Origin: Balanoglossus misakiensis
Lineage: Eukaryota; Animalia; Hemichordata
Direction of reading: 5' to 3'
Length of the DNA stretch: 64,000 nt
Assembly: GCA_040954595.2 (NCBI GenBank)
Contig: CM082592.2
Coordinates: forward strand, 5,942,308 to 6,006,307
Shown: in pieces, positions 25,452 to 39,262 of the stretch
Layout of the letters: each line of letters starts with the position of its first letter
Numbering within the stretch: position 1 is the first letter of the stretch
Program-made: the position numbers and the translations under genes
Notes under the pieces: model-generated
Told to the model about the DNA's origin: nothing
Database searches by the model: none
What the model saw: the letters and a program-made list of their open reading frames with translations, nothing else

Positions 25452-28400
25452 TTAATCTTCGAAATGCTTGTACAGGCAAGTGACGTAGGTCATGACGGAC
25501 TGCCAGTCTGGTCTCTCCATGGCCACCATGTCATCTACATCCTGAGATGGGTCGGAACAAGAATGAAACTTTTTTTAATACGGGGGCCCTTTTGTTCGAG
25601 ACAAACATTGTTTTCATAAAAAGTGCAACTAATTTGACAATTCATATCATGTTTGGACGTAAAGCATAAATATTTACACTTCAATACGGAATTCCTCATT
25701 ACGTGATATCAAATCATAAAAACAAAAAGATATCTTGTTACTGTAAATATTGCACAAATGGGTGACCCCTTTATCATAAACAAGCGTTCCTTGCCACTTT
25801 TCATAACAATCCATCTTATTGATTGGAAAGTGTCCCCTCCACAGCGGGGAACAAGAGCTGTACTTGCTACACAGAAAGGCACAGAAATAAAAACATGCCA
25901 ATAGACCTACCAGAATGGGTGGGACACCAACACTCTCAGCTGCTTCAAAGGCTAACTTGAAATTCCGTCTCTGAAAAAATGAGATCAATGCATCTTGGTT
26001 AGTAGCAGTCCAAGTGAGCATTTCATCCTCACCCCCCCCCCATTTCCCTCTGTAGAGATCCAACTTAGATCTTACTTTTCCACTAAAATCATATATCATT
26101 TCCTTTTATAGCTTACTCATTTCAGTACACGCCCAGCGATTTTGCTAATAAAAGGCCTGTAAACAGTCTCCAGGGCTCGACATTACCAGAGTTGCAATTC
26201 CCCTTTGCGTAATTATTGTTCAAAACAAGTCCCTATACCGTGACAAGAGTTGCACTAATACCTTACTCTAGTTCCCCATCCATTTTCCTATTTAAGTAGG
26301 TCACCGGACTATAAATCACACCTTACTCAACTTCTCCACGCGAACAATAAAACAGGAAAACTTGTTGAGTTGGGGTTTATTTTGAAAACTCTTCAAGCAT
26401 AGCAAGGTGTTGCAGGAGGGTGATGAAAGGTGACGTGTCTCCCTAGTATCGTGGTGTTACCATGGGGACGTGTTTTTGAGTGCCTGCGCGTGTGTGTGTG
26501 TGTGTTTAGGGCAGTTGTGGAAACCCTCACCTTGTCCTGAGTGTTGAGTTCGCTGTAGGGTATCTTCTGTGGCAGGTAGCTATGAATTAGTGCACAGAAC
26601 GCCAGGCCGTCGTTCCAGCTGCTGCTAAAATTGGTCACATCAATGCCCTGTAATGGAATCCAACAAATGTCTAGACCTATCAGTACAAGAATTATCACCT
26701 CAAATACCTCTAGAGTTGTACACTTATCGATCATACCACTGATGTACTGTTATGCATGAACTCGTATTTTCTTTGCGTCAAAATTATGAAGCTAGCTGGT
26801 TTTTGTGCATCATGTGGTAATGTTGTAGTTGAAATTATACCTGTACATACATTATAGACAAAGGGCTTTGAGTGTCCACTCCCTACTATTGTCTATCAAG
26901 GAGCACAAACTTCCATGATGCTGACAAACACTCAAAATACATTCAAACACCAGTCACTATTCTTCTGTTTCAGTATGTATTTAATATGGGACAACATGAA
27001 TATTTGACCTGGAAAGTTAACAAGCAGTTCAAAGGTTCGCTTTGAACAGTGCATCAAAAAGAAATCAATAATAGTAACCGATGTCCACATGTCTAGGTAG
27101 TGAGGGACTGTACAAGTTAGGGTGGGCACAAACTGTAAAATCAATACTTAATTCACCTCAATTTTTAGATATTACAGTTTTTATACTTTGAGTCATGTTT
27201 GTAATATCACAAATGTTTTACAAACAGTAAGGTCCACAGTGACACGTGTTTGCAAATTACCAAACATACATTTACAGCTGTTTTTGATTTTTCCATTTTT
27301 ACTGTCAAGCACTGCAAATGCCAGTGAGTGCACAGTCTGACCTCCGGATGACCTTTTGCCATCATGCTGTAGAACTCAAAAGGGCCACATGGCAGAATAA
27401 CACAAATTAAAACACTAAAACTATTTTACCTTGTATCCATATGTCTGAAGTTGACACCATTTCAATAATGCATTTCTTTTTGAGCCTCCTTTGTCTTTGA
27501 CCAGAGCTGCCAAAGGGTCTTTTTTCTCAGCCGAGTCACTGAAAATAAAAATGGACGATTCACCCATAATTTTAGCAGATGAGCTACGGCAAAAGCAATA
27601 TATTGCAACAAAAACACAATACATTATTGATTTCCAGGCCTTAGCAAAAACTTCCATGAAATCATCCATGCAAGCAAGCCTACTTTACATCAAGGTATAT
27701 TGGCAAAAAGAGGGGAGAGCTTACAGTGACGTCAAATGCACGTAAACCAGGCCCACTGACCAGACACAGGTCAGAACCAGTTAATGTACATTAAACATTG
27801 AATCACTGCACTAAGAAAAAAATCAGACTTCTGGAATGTCAGCTTTCTCCTAGTCTATAGATTGTATTTCTACGTTACCTTGATCTTCTGGTGGGTGTCA
27901 GTGGTGGATGGAGAGCAGACGACCTGCCAGTCACACCGCCGCTAATTCCACTCCCCTCATCTTTGTTATCCTTCTGCGGGCTCGTCATCTTCTGCGTGAT
28001 GATGTTACTCAGCGTCTTGCGCGGGTCGTACATGCGGCTCTCCTTGAGAACCGAATCGGTCTGCGCGGCGCGGAGCGACGACGACGACGATGAACCGTGG
28101 CGGTCGCGCAGACTGGTCGGCTCCGGGTAGCGGCTGCTGAAGGGCTTGTTGTCCCGGTTCAGCGATTCGTCCATCTTCCTCCAACTGCTCGTGTGGCTCA
28201 GCTTGCTGGCCTCGCTCGACGGCAACAGCGGGTTACTGTAGCGACGCGACGGCTGCTTGGGTTCCGACTTTTTGCCGCTGCTGCCGAACGATCTCCTGCG
28301 CTCCGACTGATACGTCGGGGAAGGCGGCGTGTGCGAGGCCGGCAGCGGCGGGGAGGCCTTGCCTTGCTGCTGCGAGGCACTCTCGATCGACTGCACTAAG

Positions 28401-30742
28401 TTCTTCACAGACAGCTGCACGTTATTCGCTCCGCCGCTGGACGACCGCTTCAGTCCGGTCTCCGTGTTCCGGCGCTCCAGCGAACTCAGCAGGCTCTGCG
28501 ACCGCGTGCCGCCGACGGGCGCGGCGGTGGTGGGCGACGTGGGGCTGCCCATGCCCATCTGCCGCTTCAGCTGGTTCACCTCGAAGGTCTGCTTCTCCAG
28601 CTTCTCCTGCAGCGCCGTCTTGTCGCGCTTGATGTTCTCCAGCTCCTCCTGCGCCTCGTTGCGGATGTCGTTGGCGATGACGACGGCCGTCTGCAGGTCG
28701 GCCTGGAACTGGCGCCACTCGTCCTCGTCCCGGGCGCTCTTGCGGCGCACGTCGTTCATGGTCCGCTCCAGGTCCTGCTTGTACTGCTTCATGGACTTCA
28801 CGGTGAGCTGCAGCTCGTTGATGGTGGCCGCGTCCTGCTGCTTCTCGGCCAGGTGCCGCTCGCACTCGATGTCCATCTCCTCCAGGGAATCCTTCAGGTT
28901 GCCGATCTCCGCTTCCAGCTCCTGCTTCTCCGTCTGCACCTTCATCAGCTCCTCCTTCAGGTCCATCATCTCGCGGTTGTAACGCGTCTTGTCGTTCTCC
29001 GACTCCTCCTCGTACTTCGCGATGGTGTTGCACAGTTTCGCGTTTTCGTTCTTGCTTTTCGCCAGGGCCTCTTCCAGATCCGCCTTTTCAGTTTCCAAGG
29101 CGTCTTTTTCCCTTTCTATATTCTCCAGCATTCCGGCCAAGTCGGGCTTGTCACTGCTGTGCAAGAGCTCGCTGGTCTGCGCACGTTCTTGCTGTATCCT
29201 AGTCTTCAGCCGTTCCATCTCCAAGTGATCACTAGCAATACTGCTTTTATGCTCGTGTAAGCTCTTTTCAATTTCCACTTTATCGGTTATGACATTCTCC
29301 AGAGTGGCTTCCAAGTCCCTATTTTTCTCCCTCAGATTCTGAATCAAATGTTCGTATTCTTTCTGATTTCTGATATCTCTGAAGAGACCCTTCGATTCGT
29401 ATTCCTCACCCTGATTTGTCATTAAATCGAGGATCTGTTGTTCGATCTGCGACTTGTCGCACGTGTAGGTGGCTTCAAACGCGTCCGGGTCGTACTGCAC
29501 GTTGCTCACTTCGATGACGTCTTTCAAGTAGTCCACCTCGGCCCTGCTTCGGTGCAGTTTCTCCGTCTGGCTGCAGAGCGCCTCCAGGAGGATTCCCTTC
29601 TCCTCCATCAGCCGGTCGTTCTCGAAGGTCAGGTCGCCCATGGACTCCTGCATGTCCTCCAGCTCCTGGATGGTGGCCTGCAGCTCCTCGTTGACGCTGT
29701 GGTGCGTCTCCTCCATCTGGTGGATGCGGTCCTGCAGGCAGGCCACCGAGCCCTCGCTGCGGAGGCTCTGCACCTCCCAGTTGGTGGACTCGCCGGCCAA
29801 CCCGTAGCGCTCGTCCGGCACGAACACGTGGTCGTCGTCCGACATGGAGGCGTAGGCGATGCGGTCGCCGTTCTCTGACGTCGGGTCGGGCGACGTCAGC
29901 GCCTCCATGGAGCCCTTCTCCTTCGGCGACAGATCGCTGGAACTGACCGTGCTGCCTTTGCTCTTGCAGGTGCCGTCGACGTTCAACAGCATGGCTTTCT
30001 CCGAATCCGTTCTCCTCTCGTGGTTGGCGCCGTCCTGCGCTTTCTCCTTGAGCAGCTGGTTCTCCTGCTTGAGTTGCTCGATCTGCTGCTTCATGGCGTT
30101 GTTCTCCTGCTGGGTCCTCTGCAGCAGGTTCTGTATCTCGGACCACCCGTCGGCCCCCGACTGGTTCTGGGCCATGCTGCTCTGCTGCCTGTTGTTGGCG
30201 TTGCCTATCTTGTCTCTGCCGAGCAACACGCAGTCGCCGCCGGCACCGGACGCCCGGCTGTTGGCCCGCAGATCCTCCCGACTCAGGCGCAGGAACCCCT
30301 CCTGGCTGGAGTACCCCCTCCGGTGTATCTGCGACTCGCTGGGACTGGCGGATATCGGCCTCTCCGGAGAATTGTCAATAATGTTCTCATACGAGCAACA
30401 GCCCCTCAGGGAGCCGTGGAACCCGCTGCGAGACCGGGCAATGTTCGTCTGGGAGCCCGAGCGGTTCTCCTTCGTCACGGTCAGTTCCGGGAAATCCTCG
30501 TAGTAGTCGGATCCCTTGGGGATTCCGATGGTGGAGCGGGGCCTCTGCTTGCTGCTGGCGGAGGAGGACCGGCGACGGACGCTGCCGATGAGGTCTTCCT
30601 GGCTCTTGCTGAGAAAGCTTCGGGACAGAGGCACCTGGTTGTGGTGGTTGTTCGTGTGGCCGCTTAGAAATGACCCGTCGTCGGACGTTAGATCGGATGG
30701 TTCCTGGTCAGCTGTGTCATACTGAGAGAATGATTTCTTCAT
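25452..30742 (-). CDS. SPECC1L: Cytospin (SPECC1/SPECC1L family): long coiled coil plus C-terminal calponin-homology domain, ~1079 aa
   Basis: Exons 30742-27879, 27538-27430, 26647-26531, 25970-25911 and 25541-25452 total 3240 nt in frame, with an in-frame stop just 5' of the ATG. Motifs: [79 protein letters not shown]. Probably a co-ortholog of SPECC1 and SPECC1L. Confidence 0.95.
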
Positions 30743-33700
30743 TCTGCTTTATCCACTGAACCCTGCCGGTCAAAAGAGAGGGAAAACAAGTAATCAGTAA
30801 AAGTATTTTCATTTCTTTTCAATGTAAAGTGTAAAAATTCATGAAAATAACAATAGTAGAAGTGAGTTTTCTAGCAATCTCAATGTAATTCTACGGGAAG
30901 AGACACGTGCTAAAGTTCGGGCGGTTTACCTAATTATATGCGCACACACCATGATCCTTACTTGTATTTTTATTGTGACATAAAAGTACTTAAAACTCTG
31001 GCTGATGACCAGTCTTACTCGTACTAAGAACGACACAGGAGACTGGTACTGTTGGCCGAGACACAACTGTCAAACTGTGAAAGAGGTGATATTACATTAC
31101 CTCACAATGAGAGAAATATTTCTGGCATGTGAGCAACAAACACATATAATCAAAACTGTCTGTTTTGACAATTGTAGGATGAAATCGGTACCGTACTGTG
31201 CATCTCTTTCAAAATGGTCCAAACAATAGTCGGTGAATGCACCATGCGTGCTTACATTTCGGGTGCAAATAGAAAAATTCTTGAAATTTCAAGAAAAGTT
31301 TCCAGGAGTACAAGGGGTTTTATTGTTTTGCTCAATGAACTTTGTCAGACTACTTTACACAAGGACTGACAACGAGGTGAGAGAAATTAACAAGTATGTC
31401 CCGAACGCATGTTGTGATCATTTGGATTTTTTAACGACTACCTTTTGATTAATGGCGGAGGTCCATGGATGAACAGAAATGACAGGCAGTCGCATTGTAA
31501 AATGAAATTATACGACTTACTATAGTATGTTGCTTTTGTAGTGTCCGAATGACCATGCAGTCAGTCATAAATGTCCTTTCTGAATGACACAGTGAATGGG
31601 CAATTTTGGTTCATGGCGTTGTGGAACCTTAAAATCATGAGAACCCTGTAATTAATTGTGTCTACCTACATATACCCCAGTACACACCCGTCTAATCATT
31701 GTGACATTTTAGTGTGCTGAACTGTAAATAGAGAAAATTAAATATACATACAATCATGGTAGAATGCGTTAATATCAGCAGAACAAGATGCTTTTCAGGT
31801 ACGAAAGGGGAATCTCATGACTTAGACCTAGCCATGTGGTATTTAATCAATTAACAAGCCGAATTCCGAACAATAATGACTCCATTATTCACAGGCAGTC
31901 ACAATGAATGAACAATTTAATTGAGCAAAATTGCAATCAATAATAGCTGTGGTCTAGCTCAAACCACTGGTTTCTCTCCAATTGGACAACCAAACCAGGC
32001 ACTTGAAAATAACCTAGATCATGGAAGCTGTCCCCGAAGAAATCAATACAGGTGGCTGATAATGACTAATTTAATCATACATGTGGTGTGTATCTGTAAT
32101 AAGGACTGCAGTCTATTATAGAGATTTGGGCAGTTCATCACAGAAAATTACACAATGCTCATGATTTTTAAGATACAGAAATTAATTACTACGATAGCTG
32201 TAAGAAAACCAGGGTGAATGTGTAAATATGTGTAGAGAAATTAATAGTGGGTGTGGCTGGTTGGCCAATACAGCAAGTTACTGATCTTGAGTGCAGACAG
32301 TGTGAATGACACACACATTGTGTGGAAAACCTTGATTGACTTGCATATGGATTGTGATACATGACACTCGAATGAAAAAAACAGGTTCAGGCTTTACGTG
32401 AACAGGAACATAGTCAAGAGGTTATAAGGGGGAGAAGTTAGCTTGCCAAGAACTTCAATATCAGAACAACGGAAGGAAGACAGATTGTTTTCAGGACACA
32501 CAAAAAAAGGGTTGGAAAATAGTCATGCGTATACTAAAAGGATAATGGAAGTGGAAGTAGGGATTGCATGCGACGACAAAAGAAATTCACAATCGTCTTT
32601 TTTTTCTACTCACAGAAAGGCCTCATATGAGGACCATGGCCGCGCCATGCCATGTACGTGCATGTGACAACTACACCACCCCCACGCTGTTGTTCAACTT
32701 GTTGGAATGTCTAGAACCGGTCAAAGTACAAGACCCTGCCAGCGTTTGCGCGAGATTGTCGTGCTCGGCGAAAAAAAATCCGGTGAATATAATTCCTGAG
32801 TAAACAGCCTGCCTGGCAGGTATCACTGGGACGATTGGTCGGGTGGGCACGCATGCAGCCACTCGTGGCCTGTCCCGTTGTTGGGGGCGAATTTATGGCA
32901 GCATAAATTGACGGCCATTCTAAAAGTCAGTCGTACACACTGATCGAAACACAATGGTCATAAAATAAGAATACCGGTAGGCTTATGTGGACAATTCACT
33001 ACTGGGATGAATTTACAGTTCCATGTCTCTCGATGACTGCGCTTGAACTAATATTTATTCGTGCAATGTCTTCCTGTCTTATGAAGTATCTAATGTCTCG
33101 CAGAAGTCTGAGAGTCTGACCACAGACAGGTGGACTGATCGAAACCACGGCCACTAGTCGAGAAGCGACCGCAGGCCAACTGTACGAGAAATACCTACAT
33201 GTACGTGCGTCTTATAGTTTCCCTTGGATTTCCTGCGGTATGCACCGATTATGACCCTGGAAATCAGGTTGCTTCTCTCGGATGTTTCGGGGGGTGATAG
33301 TCCACATCCCAAGGTATGGCTGGCACACAGGTATGGCCGTGGAGGACAAAGGGAGATATTGTGTTACCCCGAGTGAAAAGCCCTCCCCGTGACTGCATGG
33401 TACGACCTGTCTGACAATGACGGAAACAACAGGAATATTGTTTCCCCTCTGAGAAGGGGGGGGGATGTGGGTCATTGTGACAAGACCGAACTTCTGAAAT
33501 CTGAAATATTGCAACTTATGATGACAGGGCACTGCAGGTAGACAATGGCCGGTACACAGACGTCGACCTGACCGCACTCAAGAATTTGTTTGTCCGCGCG
33601 TCTGTCTTTGGACAACACTTCAGCGTTGAACTCAATCCTTCAATCACAATAGTTGGCAGTGCAGAGGTTGGCCCTTATGAATCAGAATGATGCAGTACAC

Positions 33701-36499
33701 TGAACACGGTGCCCAAATGAAGGAACAGGACGGAAGAGGAAACTGATACTCCCATTTGAAATTTCTTGGACCAGAAAAATGTCACGCATCATCCATGTTA
33801 TTTTTTTTTTCAAACAGCTGACAAAACTAGATGTTTATCTGCTTTACTACGGTCAACATGAAAACATTTTTGTCTTTCTTACCCCAGAGGTTTTACAAAT
33901 ATAAATAATTTTTATTTTGATGCAGATAATGTTTAATTCAAGACATCTGTGATAACTTTGAAGAATACCTTCATATTATTTGTCATTAGGGATTCCCTGT
34001 CTACTAAATATTATTATATTATGTAAAGTGCAAAGCTGAAAAATATTGAATTTACTGTTGAAATTGTGCATGCCATGCAAACAGTAAGAATCATAGATCT
34101 GCTTATAGAAATATTGACTTCCCTCAGCAAAAGCTTACTACTGTCGTAGATTGGACGTATTTAGATGTTTTGTGTACAAGGACATGTAGATCTCAATTCA
34201 TGTACACACACAACTCCGTAGTCAGAATATAAATACCTGCTTAAAGGGAACAATAGTAACCAAAAGACCCTCGAACAATAGTGTTTTTTTCTCTGTGTTT
34301 CCTGAGGGACACTCTTACTTCCTAAGCAAACAAGTTTAATTTGAACACAGTTTAACATAATATACATCCGCACAAAAAAAGCCACATGGTGTACGTGACT
34401 CACAGCTGTTTTAAAAATATAGTCCCGGAAGAGGCTGGACTCAAAAACCCAATACGTTCAACCACCGCCAAGTTACTGAATCACACATGCGTCCAACCCA
34501 GACAGACATGGTCCTCTGTGATGATGGTAGAAAGGCTTCGTCCGAGTCCCCACTGGGTTCCAGACTAGCAATGCTAAATATACACAATGCATTTCCAGTG
34601 CCGAGTTGTTCAATTGTACTCCAGCGCATTACTCATGGCTGACCTACAACTGGCAGCTTACACTGCAATTCTATTGTGACCTAACCACTGCATCGTTTCA
34701 AATTTGTGAGTCACTGCTTGAGGCCTGCAGGTTCTATTATTAATCACACTCTGCACTTACAATATGCGTTCTCCAGTAAGGACGTCAAAAGTGTAAATCT
34801 ATCTATCAAAACCAAGTACATGTACATTTGTTAACACTTGACAGATTGCAGCATACTAAATGGGCAGTAAAAATACTAGTACATGTATGCAGTTTTACTT
34901 TAACTGCTATTCTGTAAGTTGTAACTGTTCCATTCAATAAATTATCAAAATTTGTCACAGTGGGGAGATAAAAATATAATAGCAACATAAAACGTGTTTT
35001 ATGCGTGATGTGAGATCTCTCCTGTACAACAGCTTCGCGATTTACCATGGAGAGATAATTTGACACCAGAGTAAGCGTGATATAATTTCACTGTGGAAAA
35101 AAAAGCAACACTTGGTAATACTATACTCTGTGGGATCTGAACTACAACCACGCAGACTTGGCTAAAAATCAAATTCAGAAAAATTATTCTGTGCTTTATT
35201 TTTGTGGGGGGGGGGAAACAAAATGATACAAAGCATAATGATTACATTGGAAATTATGATGAAAAGGGGTGTGTACATGATGCAGTCAAATTGTCACTCT
35301 GTAATGGACATAATTAATGAGACAAACAAATGAATGTAATTTCTACTCATTTGCATGATAATAACCATGTCCATTCTGATATAACTACCACAAAGGATCA
35401 ATTTAGCTTTATAGTTTTCTATTTTTATAAAAAATTTGCATTGTATTAATGTTTCCATAACATATCTGTCTGTAAGTGACTCTCACAAAGCCAAAGTTCA
35501 AACATTAATCATGGCTAAATACCAGCATAATATGAACAACTGCTGTCTCAGCTCTAGGGTGACACAACATTCACGACGGAATGTTGTTCACATGTCTGCA
35601 GGATTAATCAAATCAATCATAGAGTCAATTTCCATTTTTATCAACATGTACAAACAGTCAAGATTCTGATAAATATAGTATTGTTGTTATTAATATGTTG
35701 ATACAGAGAATGTTGTGAGATAAGGGTCTGTAGCACTTTCACAGAGTGATCAAGTGTGGTTGTTCTTAATCTTTGGCAGTTCACCATCCTGACTATTATC
35801 GCGTCATGCCATATGGCACAGTTGACGTTTGTGGAGTGACGGTGACGTTAGTGTATATATGTAATCAGCACTCTCCTTATACATTATGCCCACTAACAAA
35901 TCTATACATCACAACTGAGAAACTTGTGTCATATTTCGTTTTCACTTGGCATGAGTTGCTATTTTTACTATTGCAGCTTGGGTCTGCAATAGTAAAAATC
36001 CTGGTTACTATAAAAACCCTGGAATCTGAAATTTCAAAAGCTGCAGCGTACGTTTTAATATTCTCCAGCAAGATTGTCTGGGTGCTTGTTGGATATGTAC
36101 AGTAATGTACACTCCTGTACAGGTACAGACAACTTGACCCTGCTTGGAGAAAATAAAACCCTTTGGCTAGATCGGACAGTGAAAAGGTATTGGCTGGGCA
36201 GACCAGTGGATTGGAAGAAGTTAATGCCCTCATTGTTATTCGCCGTAGCTTTACAAAACTGAATAACAAAAGCAGCATTAATGGGAAGAGAGAGGGTGAG
36301 AGACCGACTGTGGACCGGTACCATTGTCATTATTCTAATAAAGGCAAACGCTAATAGAACGCAAAACGTGGAATGTTTCTATTACAGGTCATACTTTATC
36401 TATACACTGCAAAGCCCCAAATCAAATTTGTTAAATACTAGACAGATACGTGAAACTTTTGACCTCATAAAATGTAACCGATCATGCCCATTGCGTGTT

Positions 36500-37172
36500 A
36501 TGTTTTTGAGACCGCGGCGGGCGAGATCGTATACCATCCCATGGCGTGGGATCGCAGCGGGTCGGTCGTGCGGGGACACCCACGCGCGCTCATTACAGAA
36601 CGTCAACAAACGCCGATCACCTCGCACATTTCGCGCAGGAGACGGGATTTTTAGGTAAGAACAGATAACGTGCAGCGATCGCGGGGGAAAATCGTGTACT
36701 CACCAGCCCGATTATTTCCAATTGTTCATGATAAAAGTTCACCACACCTCGGAATCCATTTCTATCAGCCCGTCTGACACCTAAAGCTCTCTTTTCGGTC
36801 TGGATTGAGTGCGCAGGGTTCACGGCGCATCTCACCTTTTGGGCCCACCCAGCTTTATACAACTTCCGCACACCTCTGGTTGTCGATTTCAAAACGCTCT
36901 CATTTCTGCGAAATCTGATCGACCGGGTAGCTTTATTCGCGTGGCGCGATGTTGCATTACTTCAGAAGCAACTTAAACGCGACTTCAAAATTACTTAGTG
37001 AGTGAAACACACTCTTTCGTTTGAGAACACCGACCTGACTGGGGAGACTCAATACAGCTGCCCGGTGCCAAGAGCTAGCTTGGCTGGGCATGTTGACAAG
37101 ATAAATGATGATGTGCATGCGAATGATGACGGTGCGATGATGTGAGTGTGAAGTCCAGGTTTCAAAGAAGCA
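36500..37172. promoter_or_regulatory. CpG-rich promoter region: probable non-coding first exon of cytospin (-) and promoter of SRPBCC gene 1 (+)
   Basis: Local CpG enrichment and a minus-strand donor (G|GTGAGT) near 36700. The cytospin coding exon starts at an acceptor (30762), so an upstream non-coding exon is required. Confidence 0.45.
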
Positions 37173-38263
37173 ATGGCTCTACGTTGTGGATTTTTCGCAA
37201 CTTGCCTGGTCGGCATCCTGGCAGTCGTTATATACATGGCCTTTCAAACAAGTACGGTGCGGTTTGAAAACCACATTTTCATCAAGGCGGAAATTCCGGA
37301 TGTTTACGACGTGTTCGCAGACCCCCAGTTGCTCTCGAGGTTCCATGATCTTGTAGTGGAGTAAGTCCCCGACATGTTTACATGTAAAATCACACGTACA
37401 CAATCAGTGTTGATTTTTTTCCCAACTCAACTTACACTATACACTTGTTTGCTGTTAAACATCAGTAGTTCACACCCAAGGCATTTAATCCGGTAAACAA
37501 TTTGGTTTTGATGATTGCCTGGGAATACTGTAGATGTGTAGAAGCTAGTTGTCCTTACGTGTAATCCCCATGGCAACAAAGGCTACGGCGCAGTCAGTCA
37601 CCTATAAATTGATGTGATGTTCGTATGTATGTCTAGCATGGATACAGTGGACTTCAGTGAAAAGGAGGAAGATGGCCACATTGTAAGGAGGTTCTCAGTT
37701 GTGGAGTTTGTTCCCGCATTGTTTGGATATAACGTTACCATCGAGGTCAACGTGACATCAGAGCTTTTAAGGTAATTGCTCATTTCAATAATTAGACTGT
37801 ACAACAGAACAACAAATACTGTTACTGTGAGGATGGGGGGGGGGCATCAAAGCACACCATTGAATTGTGGGTAAAAAGTCAACAACTCACTGATGGAATG
37901 ATATGTCAACTATATTTCTTAACTTTTGATCGTGTCGCTTACCACTTGATTTTAATGCTTTCCAGAAATGAAGTCAGGTCAAACGTGACTTTGGCAAGTC
38001 CTCTGAATCTGATGAGCTTTGACGTGAGCTGCCGGTTCCGCTTCATGGAGACGCAGAGGAATGGCGGCGAGACGGTGACGACGCACGTTCAGAACGTGTG
38101 CCAGTATGAGATGTGGCGGATCTTTCAACGGTTCACCGAGAAGACCGGGAGGGAGTCTCACCAGAGTTTACTTGCAAACGTGAAGGAGTACCTAGAGGGC
38201 AGAAACAAGGAAGGGCAATTCGAAGAAGAACTGAAAGAAGAAAAAAATGCAGGCGACAACTAA
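37173..38263 (+). CDS. N-terminally anchored SRPBCC/START-like (polyketide cyclase-like) protein, paralog 1, ~206 aa
   Basis: Exons 37173-37360, 37637-37771 and 37966-38263 total 621 nt in frame. Hydrophobic N-terminus, then HIFIKAEIPDVYDVFADPQLLSRFHDLV (typical SRPBCC opening strand-helix pattern), beta-rich middle and a long C-terminal helix (ESHQSLLANVKEYLE). Fold assigned by pattern. Confidence 0.75.
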
Positions 38264-39262
38264 ACCAATGTCTGCTTAGAGTTAACCCGGTCATGTAGCA
38301 GAATGTTTGGCAGAGGATCCTGAAGCCTTTTGATTGATTGATCTTGAGGAAATGGTCGTCTCAATCACGTCTAATAGTATTTGCCAACCGTACCTCACTG
38401 TATTGAAAATGCCATGGATTGTACTTTAATAGCCTTGAGCACACCGGTGGGGGCGCTGTTCAAATGGCTGTTAACACTTTTCATTACGGTACATGATTGT
38501 ACATTTGTTCTTCAAATAAAGTAGTGTTTCCAAAAAGTTCAGTGTCAATTCGGAAGAGGCTGTGTGCAGATTTAAAGGTACTACCCCCCTATTTCTTGCT
38601 GATGATTAAGTTCTTTGAACTCGATACGGATGTTTGAAATGTGGCAACGGTATTGTAACCGGTTATGTCTTTTTTGCACCCACGAATCATGACTGTGATT
38701 CCCTCTTCTAGGAAAACATTCCGTGGTACAATTCGATTATCAAGATATCAGTGGAGATATGATTGTACCGGTGGGCTGGTCAGATTTCTATAAACTGTAA
38801 CCGTTTCAAGTTCCAATTTTAACAACACACGTAGTTATAAATTTATAATCTTTAGGCAATGTCGTCTTGTTTTGAATAATGTACGAATAGAATTTGGCCT
38901 TCCTTACATATTATTATCAGTTGAAATCCAGTTGATTGTTAATGTGCATTTTACCGTTTTTTTATTGTTTTGTGTTTATTTTGATACGATTACCTTGAAT
39001 GAGTGTATTATGTTCAATACACGTAATGGGGTGTGTAGAATTCCATATCGAAATCAAGGTTCAGGAATGTTATTGTTTTTCAGATTTGTCGTGGCTTGTT
39101 CGTGTCAGGTGCCCTGTGCGCATACCGCAGTGATTGTATTGTATTGGCTATCACGTGCTGATAAGCACGTTTTTGTTTTGATTACTAATATCAAACCATG
39201 CACGTTACGAGACCCAGCATTTCGATTCACCGACTCAGCCCGCGAAGAACTAGAAAACCACC

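Noticed and set aside
27891-30725. Many long overlapping ORFs (up to 223 aa) on the opposite strand and alternative frames of the cytospin exon
   Set aside because: Expected shadow ORFs from high GC3 coiled-coil coding; no independent motifs or splice support.
31000-36400. Scattered 60-130 aa ORFs upstream of the cytospin coding exon
   Set aside because: No coding-like composition or motifs; most simply read as 5' intron sequence.
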